From IMG/VR virus record IMGVR_UViG_2617271079_000001, positions 1 through 64,000 of that record: 64,000 nt of DNA, one strand, 5' to 3'. Below are positions 9,850-19,554 of this stretch, piece after piece. Numbering within the stretch: the stretch's first letter is position 1; the number at the start of each line of letters is the position of its first letter. The notes below the pieces were generated by a model. The model had not been told where the DNA came from. It made no database searches and worked only from the letters and a program-made list of their open reading frames with translations. The DNA comes from a virus. Its lineage: Duplodnaviria > Caudoviricetes. Position numbers and translations under genes: made by a program.

Positions 9850-10434
9850 ATGCGACATCGATACACTCACGAGCAAGAGCTATATATTAGATCCAATATC
9901 CAAGGGATCCCGTACAAGGAATTAGCTATAAGATTTAACCAGAAATTCGGAACAGAAATAAATACCTGCCAGCTTCAAAACTTCTCTAAAAGAAGAGGAT
10001 TGAGTAATGGCAGGGACACCCGGTTCCCGAAAGGTTATAAATCTCCGTTCGGCTGGAAGAAGGGTGAATGCGGATCAGAATCTACTCAGTTTAAGAATGG
10101 CCATACACCGCATAGTTACAAACCAATTGGAACCGAGAGGGTTAGTGGAGATGGATACGTAGAGATTAAGGTGGCTGCTCCTAACGTTTGGAAAAAAAGA
10201 CACGTTCTGATTTGGGAAAAAGAGAACGGGCCAGTTCCACCTGGGCATGTGATTTTATTTGGAGATGGGAATCGACGGAACTTTGATTTGGATAATCTGA
10301 TCCTAGTAACCAGAAAACAGCTCGGGATGTTAAATCAGAAAGGGTTAATACAGGACCATGCCGACTTAACCAGGACCGGAATTATTATCGCAGATCTATA
10401 CGGGAAGATTGCTGAACGCAGGAAATCTAAGTAA
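9850..10434 (+). CDS. HNH endonuclease-like protein
   Basis: HVLIWEKENGPVPPGHVILFGDGNRRNFDLDNL. Confidence 0.8.
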   Translation: MRHRYTHEQELYIRSNIQGIPYKELAIRFNQKFGTEINTCQLQNFSKRRGLSNGRDTRFPKGYKSPFGWKKGECGSESTQFKNGHTPHSYKPIGTERVSGDGYVEIKVAAPNVWKKRHVLIWEKENGPVPPGHVILFGDGNRRNFDLDNLILVTRKQLGMLNQKGLIQDHADLTRTGIIIADLYGKIAERRKSK

Positions 10435-10473
10435 ACAATCGACCCATACTGTGACACAAGGAAGGGTGAGGAT

Positions 10474-10674
10474 ATGGGGTTTCTGAAAAACCTTTTTAGA
10501 AAAAAACCAAAGCAATCAACATTTTGTTATTGCCCTAAATGTAATAACGAACTCATTAGTAGCAACAGTTTTGTAAGTGATGAGGAACTTGTAACCTATA
10601 AATGCTCTAATTGCTCACAAGTTACAAAATGGTTATTCGATGCACCTGCACCGATTTTAATTGAGGGTGAGTAA
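10474..10674 (+). CDS. Zn-ribbon protein
   Basis: CPKC...CSNC; RBS present. Confidence 0.6.
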   Translation: MGFLKNLFRKKPKQSTFCYCPKCNNELISSNSFVSDEELVTYKCSNCSQVTKWLFDAPAPILIEGE

Positions 10675-10715
10675 TGAACATTTCGAAGATGAAGTGAAGG
10701 AGGAGATAGAAGAGG

Positions 10716-11087
10716 ATGAATTTATGTGAGGTATGCAATAAGAGAAATCACACTAAGCTTTGTGACTTTGCAACGGAATCAGGGATTATTAGCAGTAGCC
10801 GTAATTTCAGTGAACTAACCAGTACATGTGACAAGAAATTATGTGACAAGTGTGCGGTTAATATATGGGCGGAATGTGATGTCTGCCCCGATCACGCTGA
10901 AGAAATAAAAAATAATTTGAGTATTAGTCAGCAAGGGGGAAGGAGAAAAGTGAACTGGTCTGAATACAAGAAATCTATTACTTCTTTGTCAGAAGATGAA
11001 AAAGCGATGATTGAACAGGAAGCTAAAGAACTATCTGGCAATTTAGGGAAGGATGAAAGCAATGAAAAACCTGAACCACTTAAATGA
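10716..11087 (+). CDS. Cys-rich hypothetical protein (possibly two fused ORFs)
   Basis: Cys clusters; internal RBS AAGGAG with in-frame GTG near 10950. Confidence 0.5.
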   Translation: MNLCEVCNKRNHTKLCDFATESGIISSSRNFSELTSTCDKKLCDKCAVNIWAECDVCPDHAEEIKNNLSISQQGGRRKVNWSEYKKSITSLSEDEKAMIEQEAKELSGNLGKDESNEKPEPLK

Positions 11088-11409
11088 ATTCAGGGTGTCT
11101 TTTATGGGGGATTTAGGTGACGACTTTAATGGTGCTTTTATTTTAAAAATTAAAGGTGAAACCTACCAGGTGATCGCTTCCAATGGTGGAGGATGGGAAC
11201 ATGTAAGCATTTCTCATAAGCGCAAGATTCCGTCATGGAAAACAATGTGTGAACTAAAAGACTTATTCTTTGAAGAAGATGAGGCAGTTATGCAGCTACA
11301 TCCTGCCAAAAGTAAACACATTAATAATCATAATAATTGCCTGCATCTATGGCGTCCTGTAATCGAAACGATCCCACTACCACCTACTGAAATGGTGGGA
11401 ATAAAGTAG
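11053..11409 (+). CDS. conserved phage protein
   Basis: GWEHVSIS...PSW...QLHP...CLHLWRP. Confidence 0.7.
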   Translation: MKAMKNLNHLNEFRVSFMGDLGDDFNGAFILKIKGETYQVIASNGGGWEHVSISHKRKIPSWKTMCELKDLFFEEDEAVMQLHPAKSKHINNHNNCLHLWRPVIETIPLPPTEMVGIK

Positions 11410-11916
11410 CGACGTGATGGGAGTGTATGAATTGAATTTCATGCGAATAAAGTTTTATCTGGAAGTCTACATGACAGCATCGATACTGGCCATGCCTTTA
11501 AGAACTATAAGTATTGCTATAGGAGGGGACTCCCCTTCTATACTTAGTCTAATTGTATGGTGTGTACTCATGCCGATTAATTTTTATCACAACCATCATT
11601 TTCGGGAGACATTAGAGAAGATGGGCTGGATCACAAAGGACTAATCCAGTCTACAAAGTGGAGGGAGTGCGAATAGTGGATGTATTTAAAATCATGAACT
11701 GGCTGGATAAACACAAAAGGAAAATCATTTTATGCGCATGGACAATACTGATTGTAGAGTCAATCATGATTATCAAAGAGGTAGCGACAGGTTCGTTTGA
11801 AATGTACGGATTATCATTTTGGATATTCGTATTAGGGTTAATTAACTGGGCTTGGCTACAGATATTTTTCCAAGCAGATAAATAACCAACCAGATTGTAT
11901 TGAAAGGAGAATAACC

Positions 11917-12345
11917 GTGAGAACAATTAAGTTCAATTTCTATAATACCCGGACGAATAAGTACACGAGGTGGGGAGATGCAAATGCTGCTTTACCACTG
12001 ATGGCATTCGAGACTCATGATCATATACATTTCCTTCAATACACAGGTGTCCAAGACAAGAATGGTCATGAAATTGTTGAAGGAGACATTCTTAAGTACT
12101 CAGCATACTTTCAGAGTTCTATTGGAGCCGTCAGGTTTGGAGTATATAAACAGGATGGCAGCGGCGATGAGTATGAACCAACCGATTGTCTCGGGTTTTA
12201 TATTGATTGCTTAGAAAAAGAAAAACAGCATGAATTTGGTGGACTGGTCATCCCAAGTTTCCGACATAACACTTCCTTAGTGGAACATGAAAAACTCGAA
12301 ATCATCGGTAATATTTTTGAAAACCATGACTTGGTGAAATCATGA
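11917..12345 (+). CDS. YopX-family protein
   Basis: LQYTGVQDKNGHEIVEGDI...EIIGNIFEN. Confidence 0.85.
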   Translation: MRTIKFNFYNTRTNKYTRWGDANAALPLMAFETHDHIHFLQYTGVQDKNGHEIVEGDILKYSAYFQSSIGAVRFGVYKQDGSGDEYEPTDCLGFYIDCLEKEKQHEFGGLVIPSFRHNTSLVEHEKLEIIGNIFENHDLVKS

Positions 12346-12887
12346 GCACAATCAATCAGCAATATCTCCAGTTAAGAAACCTCATCAAGAATAATTCGCA
12401 TAGAGAAATCGTTGTAGTGTGCATAGGAACCGATCGCTCTACCGGTGATTCCCTTGGCCCTCTGGTCGGCACAATCCTCCAAGACAAGCGACTTAAACAA
12501 ATTCATGTACTCGGAACGATTGATGATCCCGTACATGCGGTGAATTTACAATCCACCTTGGTTAATATAAGCAATCAATTCCGCAATCCATATGTAATAG
12601 GGGTCGATGCCTCATTAGGGAGATTAAAGGATGTTGGTGAGATTTTAGTGAGCGATTCACCACTTAGGCCAGGAGTTGGCGTGGGTAAGGAGCTCCCGGA
12701 AGTAGGGGAATGCCATATTACCGGAACGGTAAATGTAGGCGGGTATATGGAATTCTTTGTGCTACAAAATACCAGGTTGAGCACAGTGATGAAAATGGCC
12801 AATGAAATAGCTTTTCTAATCAAGATGGTTGATAAATACCTTTCAAGGAAAAACAGGACCATGCTCGAAGTAGCTGCTTCAAAATAG
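12342..12887 (+). CDS. yyaC: YyaC-like spore protease (GPR/HybD fold)
   Basis: VVVCIGTDRSTGDSLGPLVG, PVHAVNL, DASLG, PGVGVGKELP, LQNTRL. Confidence 0.88.
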   Translation: MSTINQQYLQLRNLIKNNSHREIVVVCIGTDRSTGDSLGPLVGTILQDKRLKQIHVLGTIDDPVHAVNLQSTLVNISNQFRNPYVIGVDASLGRLKDVGEILVSDSPLRPGVGVGKELPEVGECHITGTVNVGGYMEFFVLQNTRLSTVMKMANEIAFLIKMVDKYLSRKNRTMLEVAASK

Positions 12888-13089
12888 GGGAGGTTTTGTT
12901 GTGAATGCCCTTCAACAATTAAAAGCGATTACGGAGAATCAGAAATCAATCAGCACGAGCCGGCTGGCCCCACTCCTAAGAGAAATCGAACTTATGTACA
13001 TCGGTCAGGGGAAACGTATTGCCAAGCAAAGAAAAGAACTGAACCTTCTTCAAATTACGAAGAAGCGTACAGAATAAGGGGGAGCTCAC

Positions 13090-13344
13090 TTGGAGTTTGG
13101 GAAGAGGAGACAAGTGAAGACGAGAAAAGTTCATGAGTGTATAGGATGCCTGAAAGAGATCGGCAAGGGTTCAGCTGCAGTTTACCACACTGGGAAGACG
13201 GATGAAGAATTTTATAAATATCACCTGCACATGGAATGCCATCAATTTATGGTGAAGCACAAGGAGTACCTGGACAAAGGGGTTTGGAAGGGGTGCGTGC
13301 ATGACATTAGAACAGAGGAAGAGAAGTTAGTTTCATTTGAATGA
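13090..13344 (+). CDS. Zn-binding hypothetical protein
   Basis: HECIGC...HMEC; RBS GGGGGAG. Confidence 0.55.
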   Translation: MEFGKRRQVKTRKVHECIGCLKEIGKGSAAVYHTGKTDEEFYKYHLHMECHQFMVKHKEYLDKGVWKGCVHDIRTEEEKLVSFE

Positions 13345-13354
13345 TAAGAGGGAG

Positions 13355-13528
13355 TTATTCTCCCTCCCCTTTTTTCTCTTCTTTTCGTAACTGCTCGATG
13401 CCTAACTTGATTATGTCATTTAACGCCTTAGATCGTGAGGGTATCCGTTTACCATACTGATAATCCTCAACTTCTTTTAGAACATCATCGTCCAGAATAA
13501 CGCTAATAACAGGCTTTTTTGTCGCCAT
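13355..13528 (-). CDS. unannotated 57-aa ribbon-helix-helix (CopG-like) regulator
   Basis: RBS AAGGAGG; MATKKPVISVILDDDVLKEVEDYQYGKRIPSRSKALNDIIKLGIE. Confidence 0.75.
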   Translation of the reverse strand: MATKKPVISVILDDDVLKEVEDYQYGKRIPSRSKALNDIIKLGIEQLRKEEKKGEGE

Positions 13529-13555
13529 TGTACAACCCTCCTTAATAATATATGA

Positions 13556-13674
13556 GGTTCATAACTTATTATAACAAATATTTTCAAAAAATATAGGTGG
13601 AAATGGTTGTTAAGTTATGAACCTTTATGCTAACATATGGTTATGAAGTTAATAACTTTGTAACTTCATAACTT
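13556..13674. promoter_or_regulatory. operator repeats between divergent RHH genes
   Basis: Four GTTATGAA/TTCATAAC copies in alternating orientation. Confidence 0.65.
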
Positions 13675-13701
13675 ACAATCTATGAAAGAGGTGATGATTA
13701 T

Positions 13702-13845
13702 ATGACAGATAAAATCACTATCTCGATTCTGCTCGAGCCAGAAGTGTTCCAACAGATCACAGAAATGCAGAAAGAAAAAGGTGTGTTTAGCCGATCGGAG
13801 TTGATTAGGCGCATCATTGATGCCGGGATCAAGAAGGTCAAGTAG
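13702..13845 (+). CDS. unannotated 47-aa ribbon-helix-helix regulator
   Basis: RBS GAGGTGA; MTDKITISILLEPEVFQQITEMQKEKGVFSRSELIRRIIDAGI. Confidence 0.75.
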   Translation: MTDKITISILLEPEVFQQITEMQKEKGVFSRSELIRRIIDAGIKKVK

Positions 13846-13871
13846 CTTCAATTGAAAGGAGGTGAAAAGGA

Positions 13872-14219
13872 TTGAAGCTCGGTCAAAAAGTTTACATCAC
13901 AGAATACTACATAAAAGCAGGATCAGTTGATTTAAAGAAATTACCAGAGCACGAACAAAAGGTGTTGGCAGGAGGCGGACACATCAATAAGCCATCCGTT
14001 GAAATCGTAGGGTGTTTATCTGAAGGGTTCATCGCAGGAAAAAGGTCGATTGTCACATCGAGGGATTTTGTTGAAAAAGAAGATCCCGAAACATGGGAAC
14101 AGGCTGTATACGAACCATTGGAAGTTCATTTCAGCTACTTGGAACCAATTTACCTGGTCGCTACAAACTTATCCACCATTCGCCGGGTACCGGAGCATGC
14201 CATTCAAATTATCGAGTGA
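13872..14219 (+). CDS. hypothetical phage protein
   Basis: RBS AAAGGAGG, TTG start. Confidence 0.6.
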   Translation: MKLGQKVYITEYYIKAGSVDLKKLPEHEQKVLAGGGHINKPSVEIVGCLSEGFIAGKRSIVTSRDFVEKEDPETWEQAVYEPLEVHFSYLEPIYLVATNLSTIRRVPEHAIQIIE

Positions 14220-14220
14220 G

Positions 14221-14625
14221 GTGATGTTGGTGACCGAATATGAGGACCATCTCAAATCGATTCGTGAGGTTTTCGTGAATTATCCAAACAAGATAATCAA
14301 TCTTGAAAGGGATTTGCGAAACGTAGAAATGGAGATTGTAGATCTGCTTCATGTGATTGAATTCAAAAGCTTCAATGCTTACGAAGGATTCAAACTGTGT
14401 CGGGATGTTAAGGATGCCAGGAAGCGGCGCCGGCAGATAAAAGATGAGCTGGAGTTCATGGAACCAATCAAAAAACTCTTAGGCGTGACAACGAAGCCTA
14501 CCAGCCATCATATCGACCAGACAATCGGTAAGGTGAGGAAAGTGGAGATGCACCAAAAGGGAAGATCGTACAGAATGAGGGTGCGAAAGGATCTTCAAAA
14601 GTTAATAAAGGGGGATACCGAATGA
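14221..14625 (+). CDS. coiled-coil hypothetical phage protein
   Basis: DLLHVIEF...RKRRRQIKDE; start approximate. Confidence 0.55.
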   Translation: MMLVTEYEDHLKSIREVFVNYPNKIINLERDLRNVEMEIVDLLHVIEFKSFNAYEGFKLCRDVKDARKRRRQIKDELEFMEPIKKLLGVTTKPTSHHIDQTIGKVRKVEMHQKGRSYRMRVRKDLQKLIKGDTE

Positions 14626-14728
14626 GTAAGAGGCGGATCATCGCAAGCCTGGTAAGACTCCAAGATTCTGAATATTTAGGCGTTAGGCGTATCGCTGGGG
14701 AAGCTTTAAAGAAAGTGGAGGGTTCTAA

Positions 14729-15520
14729 ATGACTGAATTAAAAATAGTTCAGGAGAATGGAAGATTACTTGCAGATAGCCGAGATGTTGCTGAAATGGTT
14801 TCCAAAAATCATGCCGACTTACTTCGGGATATCAAGAAGTATGTAACTATTCTTAGCGAAAGCAATTTTGCTTTGGCGGATTTCTTTATAGAAAGCTTCT
14901 ATAACGATTCTCAAGGTAAACCAAGGCCACACTTTTTCTTAACGAAAAAAGGATGTGACATGGTTGCCAACAAATTAACAGGTTCAAAAGGTGTGCTGTT
15001 TACAGCGGCATACGTTACAAAGTTTGAAGAAATGGAAAAGACTATTCAACATTCTCATATGCATTCTTACATGATAGAGGATCCTATCAGAAGGGCTGAG
15101 CGTTGGATTGAGGAACAAAAGCAGAAAATGGCACTGGAAACAAAGAACCTAATGCTTGAACAACAGGTGGCCGAATCCAAGCCGAAAGTAACCTACTACG
15201 ATGAAATCCTGAAATCCACTGGAGTCGTAACGATCACTCAGATCGCAAAGGACTATGGAATGTCTGGGCAGGCATTGAACGATCTGCTCCATGAAAATGG
15301 CGTGCAGTATAAGCAAAGTGGACAATGGCTCCTTTACCATAAGTATCAGGATCGCGGCTATACAAAATCGGAAACACAGTCATATCGAAGGTCCAATGGC
15401 GAAACTGGAACCAAACTTCACACCAAGTGGACGCAAAAAGGAAGGCTGTTTATCTATAACCTGCTTTCGAAATTAGATATTGAGCCTCTTATGGATCGAG
15501 AACAGAAAAAAGAAGCCTAA
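14729..15520 (+). CDS. Rha/KilAC antirepressor
   Basis: DSRDVAEMVSKNHADLLRDI (Rha); KPKVTYYD...TKWTQKGR (KilAC). Confidence 0.9.
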   Translation: MTELKIVQENGRLLADSRDVAEMVSKNHADLLRDIKKYVTILSESNFALADFFIESFYNDSQGKPRPHFFLTKKGCDMVANKLTGSKGVLFTAAYVTKFEEMEKTIQHSHMHSYMIEDPIRRAERWIEEQKQKMALETKNLMLEQQVAESKPKVTYYDEILKSTGVVTITQIAKDYGMSGQALNDLLHENGVQYKQSGQWLLYHKYQDRGYTKSETQSYRRSNGETGTKLHTKWTQKGRLFIYNLLSKLDIEPLMDREQKKEA

Positions 15521-15609
15521 GACGCTGCAACGTCATTAAGGCTCCAAGTAAACAAATCTATATTACAGTATATCAAATTTCGGACAAGTTATACCAGGAA
15601 GGTGAAACA

Positions 15610-16302
15610 ATGCAAAAAAATTACTACGCAATTATCCCGGCCAACGTCCGTTATGACAATGACCTTACACCGAATGCGAAATTGCTTTATGGAGAGATCA
15701 CTGCCCTTTGTAACGAACGAGGGTACTGTTGGGCCGGAAATTCCTACTTCTCAGATCTATACAAAAAAGATAAGAGCACAATTAAAAGATGGATTAAGCA
15801 GCTTGAAGATAAAGGCTACATCACCCGGGAGGTTAAGTACAAAGAGGGTGGGTTCGAAATTGAGGCTAGGTGGATTCAATTATGCACCGGGGGTGAGGTC
15901 AAAAATACACCTACCCCTAGTGTTAAAAACGAGCCAGATAATAATACATCTTTTAATACTACATCTTTTAATACTACATCTAATATAACTACTACTAATA
16001 CAGCCTTCCAGTTTTACGAACAGAATTTCGGAATGATGTCTCCTCACATCATCGAGGACATGAATGCATGGGTTGAAGATTTTAACGAACAGGAAGAGAT
16101 CATAATCCAGGCTTTAAAAATCGCTATAGACCGGAATAAGCGAAATTGGGGCTATACAAAAGCCATTTTAAAAGATTGGCATTCAAAAGGCGTTAAAACA
16201 TTATCTGATATCGAAGCGTTGGATAATGAGAACAAGGCTAAAGGAAGTGTACGAAATGAAGTCGTTCAAGGAAGCGGTGACCAATATTCAAATCTCTTCT
16301 AG
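15610..16302 (+). CDS. replication initiator (HTH + DnaD domain)
   Basis: YYAIIPANVRYD...GYCWAGN; WGYTKAILKDW. Confidence 0.88.
   Translation: MQKNYYAIIPANVRYDNDLTPNAKLLYGEITALCNERGYCWAGNSYFSDLYKKDKSTIKRWIKQLEDKGYITREVKYKEGGFEIEARWIQLCTGGEVKNTPTPSVKNEPDNNTSFNTTSFNTTSNITTTNTAFQFYEQNFGMMSPHIIEDMNAWVEDFNEQEEIIIQALKIAIDRNKRNWGYTKAILKDWHSKGVKTLSDIEALDNENKAKGSVRNEVVQGSGDQYSNLF
15939..16000. repeat. AT-rich tandem repeats in initiator gene (probable origin)
   Basis: TAATAC(TAC)ATCTTT repeated about three times. Confidence 0.55.
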
Positions 16303-17053
16303 GATGCAGATAGTTGGAGAACGAATCTGTGAACAGTGTGATGCTTCAGTACCGATCATAAAGACACCTAAAGGAAAAGTGAGCGAATGCCTTAACTGCG
16401 AAAACCTTGCCATGCAGGAGAAATACGAGAGACAGATGGATGAGGTCGAGAAGCGCAAGCATGAAATCATTTTCAACAAGTTCAGCATCATCCCGGAAGA
16501 CCTGATGAACGCTTCTTTTAATAATTACGTACCAAAACATCCAACGCAAGCAGATGCTCTAAAAAAGGCAGTCTGGTATTCAAATAACTTTGGAGAAACA
16601 GAATTCAGCTCGCTACTCTTCAAAGGTTCCTTCGGTGTAGGTAAGTCACACCTATCAAAAGCGATTTCGGATGGCGTAAAAGGCAAAGGGAAGACGGTCA
16701 TTTACATCGATATTCCTTCCCTCATCAAGAAAATCAGGAATACATTCGGAACAAATCAAACGGATGAAGAAATATACGCTGCAATCGAGAAAGCGGACCT
16801 CGTTATCTTTGACGACCTGGGAGCGGAACGGGTCAAGAAGGACGAGAGCGGGGACAGCTGGGTGGCGGAAGTATTATTCCAGATGTTCACGTCACGCACA
16901 AATAAGCATAACGTCATTACGACAAACTGCACGTCTGAACAGTTACGTCAAAGGTACGGTCCATTAATGGGCGGCAGGATCGTCTCCAGGATGATGAAGG
17001 GCACGAAAGTCATTCCGGTTGAGGGCGAGGATATGAGATTAAAAGAATTCTAG
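16256..17053 (+). CDS. DnaC/IstB-like helicase loader
   Basis: Zn finger, GSFGVGKS, VIFDDLGAE, RIVSRM. Confidence 0.9.
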   Translation: MKSFKEAVTNIQISSRMQIVGERICEQCDASVPIIKTPKGKVSECLNCENLAMQEKYERQMDEVEKRKHEIIFNKFSIIPEDLMNASFNNYVPKHPTQADALKKAVWYSNNFGETEFSSLLFKGSFGVGKSHLSKAISDGVKGKGKTVIYIDIPSLIKKIRNTFGTNQTDEEIYAAIEKADLVIFDDLGAERVKKDESGDSWVAEVLFQMFTSRTNKHNVITTNCTSEQLRQRYGPLMGGRIVSRMMKGTKVIPVEGEDMRLKEF

Positions 17054-17785
17054 GAGGAATGAAGATGGATATCGGTACGAAAGTGAAAATGATTAACTGC
17101 TATGAAGCGAAGAAGTACCCCGACAAAGTATGGATCACTAGAAGCGAACCATGGGAACTTGGACACGGTCAACAGGTTGTGTTGCTCGAAGGCAAAACAG
17201 GTGGATTTTCAATGGATTGCCTAAAGGAAGTCAAATAGCAATGTGTCCTAAATGTTCCAATCAAGGTCGCTACTACAAACAGGAAGCCGGGATGACTCAA
17301 ATCATCCCCTGTACCTGTAAACAATCTATGACGGTAAGACAAGTAAAAGAACGACAATATAAGAAATTCTGCGAAAGGTTTGAACTGGCATATGAAAAAG
17401 CTTTCGGAGTTAAACCCAGCAAAATCGGCAGCTGACAGAAGAAACTTCCTCACGAGCTATCTGGGGTATTACGGACACTCGAAGGAAGATCTAGTCAAGA
17501 TGTCTCTGGCAGAACTTGAACACTCATACATCAACAGTCGCATCGATCGCACACCTACGACAAACAAAAAAGTTTACGGATTTATCATTCCAGTGAGTTG
17601 AGGTGAAAAAATATGGGTCGATTATTTAACTCAATGCAGCGGGTCTACCACCATCAAAGTAACCACCTCTTAGATGAGCTCGGGCAGGCAGGTATCACAG
17701 AAAACAATGAAGGTGTCTCCATCCACGAGCTTGATTACCACCAGCTCCGGCACCTACTGGCCACGACAAGGATTAAAAAAGGATT

Positions 17786-18001
17786 ATGACAAAGTATAGG
17801 AATCCAGCTCTTCAAAAAGCATACGACCAAGGGAAGTCAGAGGGGTATGCTCTCGGTCTAAAGCACAGTGAAGCCCGAGGCGTGGCTAAAGCAACAAACT
17901 ACATCGCCGGCAGGTTCCAGAGCTTAGATCAGGTCCCGGGTATCGGACCTAAGATGGTCGAGAAAATCAAAAAGCACTTTGGAGAGGAATATTTCTTCTA
18001 A
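17786..18001 (+). CDS. small HhH-motif protein
   Basis: LDQVPGIGPK. Confidence 0.6.
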   Translation: MTKYRNPALQKAYDQGKSEGYALGLKHSEARGVAKATNYIAGRFQSLDQVPGIGPKMVEKIKKHFGEEYFF

Positions 18002-18046
18002 GGAAATTGCAATCACGAAAAAGTAAATTACCAGGGAGGGGCTAAA

Positions 18047-18355
18047 GTGGAATTTCGTGATGGAGATTGGGTGGAAGTGATTGATGGACGTTTCAAAGGG
18101 ATGGTCGGTTATATCGATGCAGTGGGCGTTATGGGTAGTAAAGTGATTTTCACTAAAAACAAAAGAACCGGCCAAAGTGCCATTTACAACGAAAGAGGCG
18201 AATGGATAGCAAGAAACAGCTTGGTTGTTGCCGACTTGGATGATGAAGCTCTCAATGACTGCGTGAATGTGACACTGGATCTTTTAGACGCAGTTTGGTT
18301 CTACGACCTTACTGATCGAATGAAAGGGGTGTCATCATGGAAAACACCCTTATGA
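18047..18355 (+). CDS. KOW/IDEAL-like hypothetical protein
   Basis: GDWVEVIDGRFKGMVG; TLDLLDAVWFYDLT. Confidence 0.5.
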   Translation: MEFRDGDWVEVIDGRFKGMVGYIDAVGVMGSKVIFTKNKRTGQSAIYNERGEWIARNSLVVADLDDEALNDCVNVTLDLLDAVWFYDLTDRMKGVSSWKTPL

Positions 18356-18493
18356 AGGTGAAGGCAGACATTGCAAGTGAAATTAAAAGTCGAAGCCATC
18401 ACATACAAAGCGAATTTGAAAGAGGCGCAAAGTTTGGATTGCTGATCGCCTCTAGAATTTTAGCTGAAGAGGTTATGAAAGAAGGGATGAAAG

Positions 18494-19126
18494 TTGAATC
18501 TGATTGAACTGGACAAGCTTCAGAAGGAGTATGAAAGCCGGTTGTTAGAGGTGAAGGGTTTGAATCGTAAAGACCTCTTTGATAAAAAGCTCCTTGCATT
18601 GAAAACGGAGTTGGGGGAGCTGGCGAACGAACAAAGGACTTGGAAGTTTTGGAGTAAAGACCAGGAGCCAAGGACAACTAAAAGAGTTATATGCGATCAA
18701 TGCGAAGGGACGGGAAATGTTTATTGGGACAGTAATTACGTTGATGAAGAAAAGAAATATTTAAAATGTGAATGCTGCAGAGGGTTTGGCAAAGCATCTA
18801 AAAACCCATTACTTGAAGAATTCATTGATTGCTTAAAGTTTTCATTGTCAATTGCATCCGATCTTGATATAGAGCCACAGGATATTTACCCCTGGCACGG
18901 AGAGATCGACGAGGACCTGCCAAAAACATTCAATCTAGCTTTCTACTACATTGGCGCTCTGTCGGTCACGCCAGGTAAGGTATCTCAAAAAAATTACTTC
19001 CAGAATTTCTTTCTGCACCTGATGTCCTTGGGGTTTAAGCATTTCAACTTTACCGAAGAACAGATCACCGCAGCATTCAAAGAAAAGCATCAGGTGAATT
19101 ATAAACGATTGGAGACAGGGTACTAA
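18494..19126 (+). CDS. dimeric (all-alpha) dUTPase with inserted Zn finger
   Basis: ELGELANE..WKFW, LLEEFIDCLKF, KHQVNYKR. Confidence 0.85.
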   Translation: MNLIELDKLQKEYESRLLEVKGLNRKDLFDKKLLALKTELGELANEQRTWKFWSKDQEPRTTKRVICDQCEGTGNVYWDSNYVDEEKKYLKCECCRGFGKASKNPLLEEFIDCLKFSLSIASDLDIEPQDIYPWHGEIDEDLPKTFNLAFYYIGALSVTPGKVSQKNYFQNFFLHLMSLGFKHFNFTEEQITAAFKEKHQVNYKRLETGY

Positions 19127-19554
19127 TGGTGGAATTTACTGTATACGGAAATCCTGTGGCCCAAGGGAGGCCGAGGGCCGGGAAGACCCGGGGAGGAAAG
19201 ACAGTCCTGTATGATCCGACCAAGTCAAAGAACTTCAAACAATATGTGAAGATGTGCGCCTCTCAGCACCGACCGGACCAGCTACTCGAAGGACCGCTCG
19301 TACTGATAGTAAAAGTGTACAAGCCCACATTGAAAAACTTCTCTAAGAGGAAGACTCAGGAAGCGGAAGAAGGGATTATACGACCCGTTACGAAACCAGA
19401 CCTTGATAATTATCTCAAAGGCATCTCGGACGCTCTCAATCAAGTAATCTGGCACGACGACAGCCAAATTGTAGAAACGGTCGTATCAAAATATTATTCT
19501 CAAACGCCACGGGTTGAAATACAGGTTAAAAACTTAGGAGAGCAGGTGGAATAG
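19126..19554 (+). CDS. rusA: RusA Holliday junction resolvase
   Basis: QGRPR, KPDLDNYLKGISDALN, DDSQIV. Confidence 0.92.
   Translation: MVEFTVYGNPVAQGRPRAGKTRGGKTVLYDPTKSKNFKQYVKMCASQHRPDQLLEGPLVLIVKVYKPTLKNFSKRKTQEAEEGIIRPVTKPDLDNYLKGISDALNQVIWHDDSQIVETVVSKYYSQTPRVEIQVKNLGEQVE

Noticed and set aside
15939-16000. CRISPR-like repeats
   Set aside because: Short tandem repeats with no spacers, inside the initiator gene; no CRISPR array or cas genes seen anywhere
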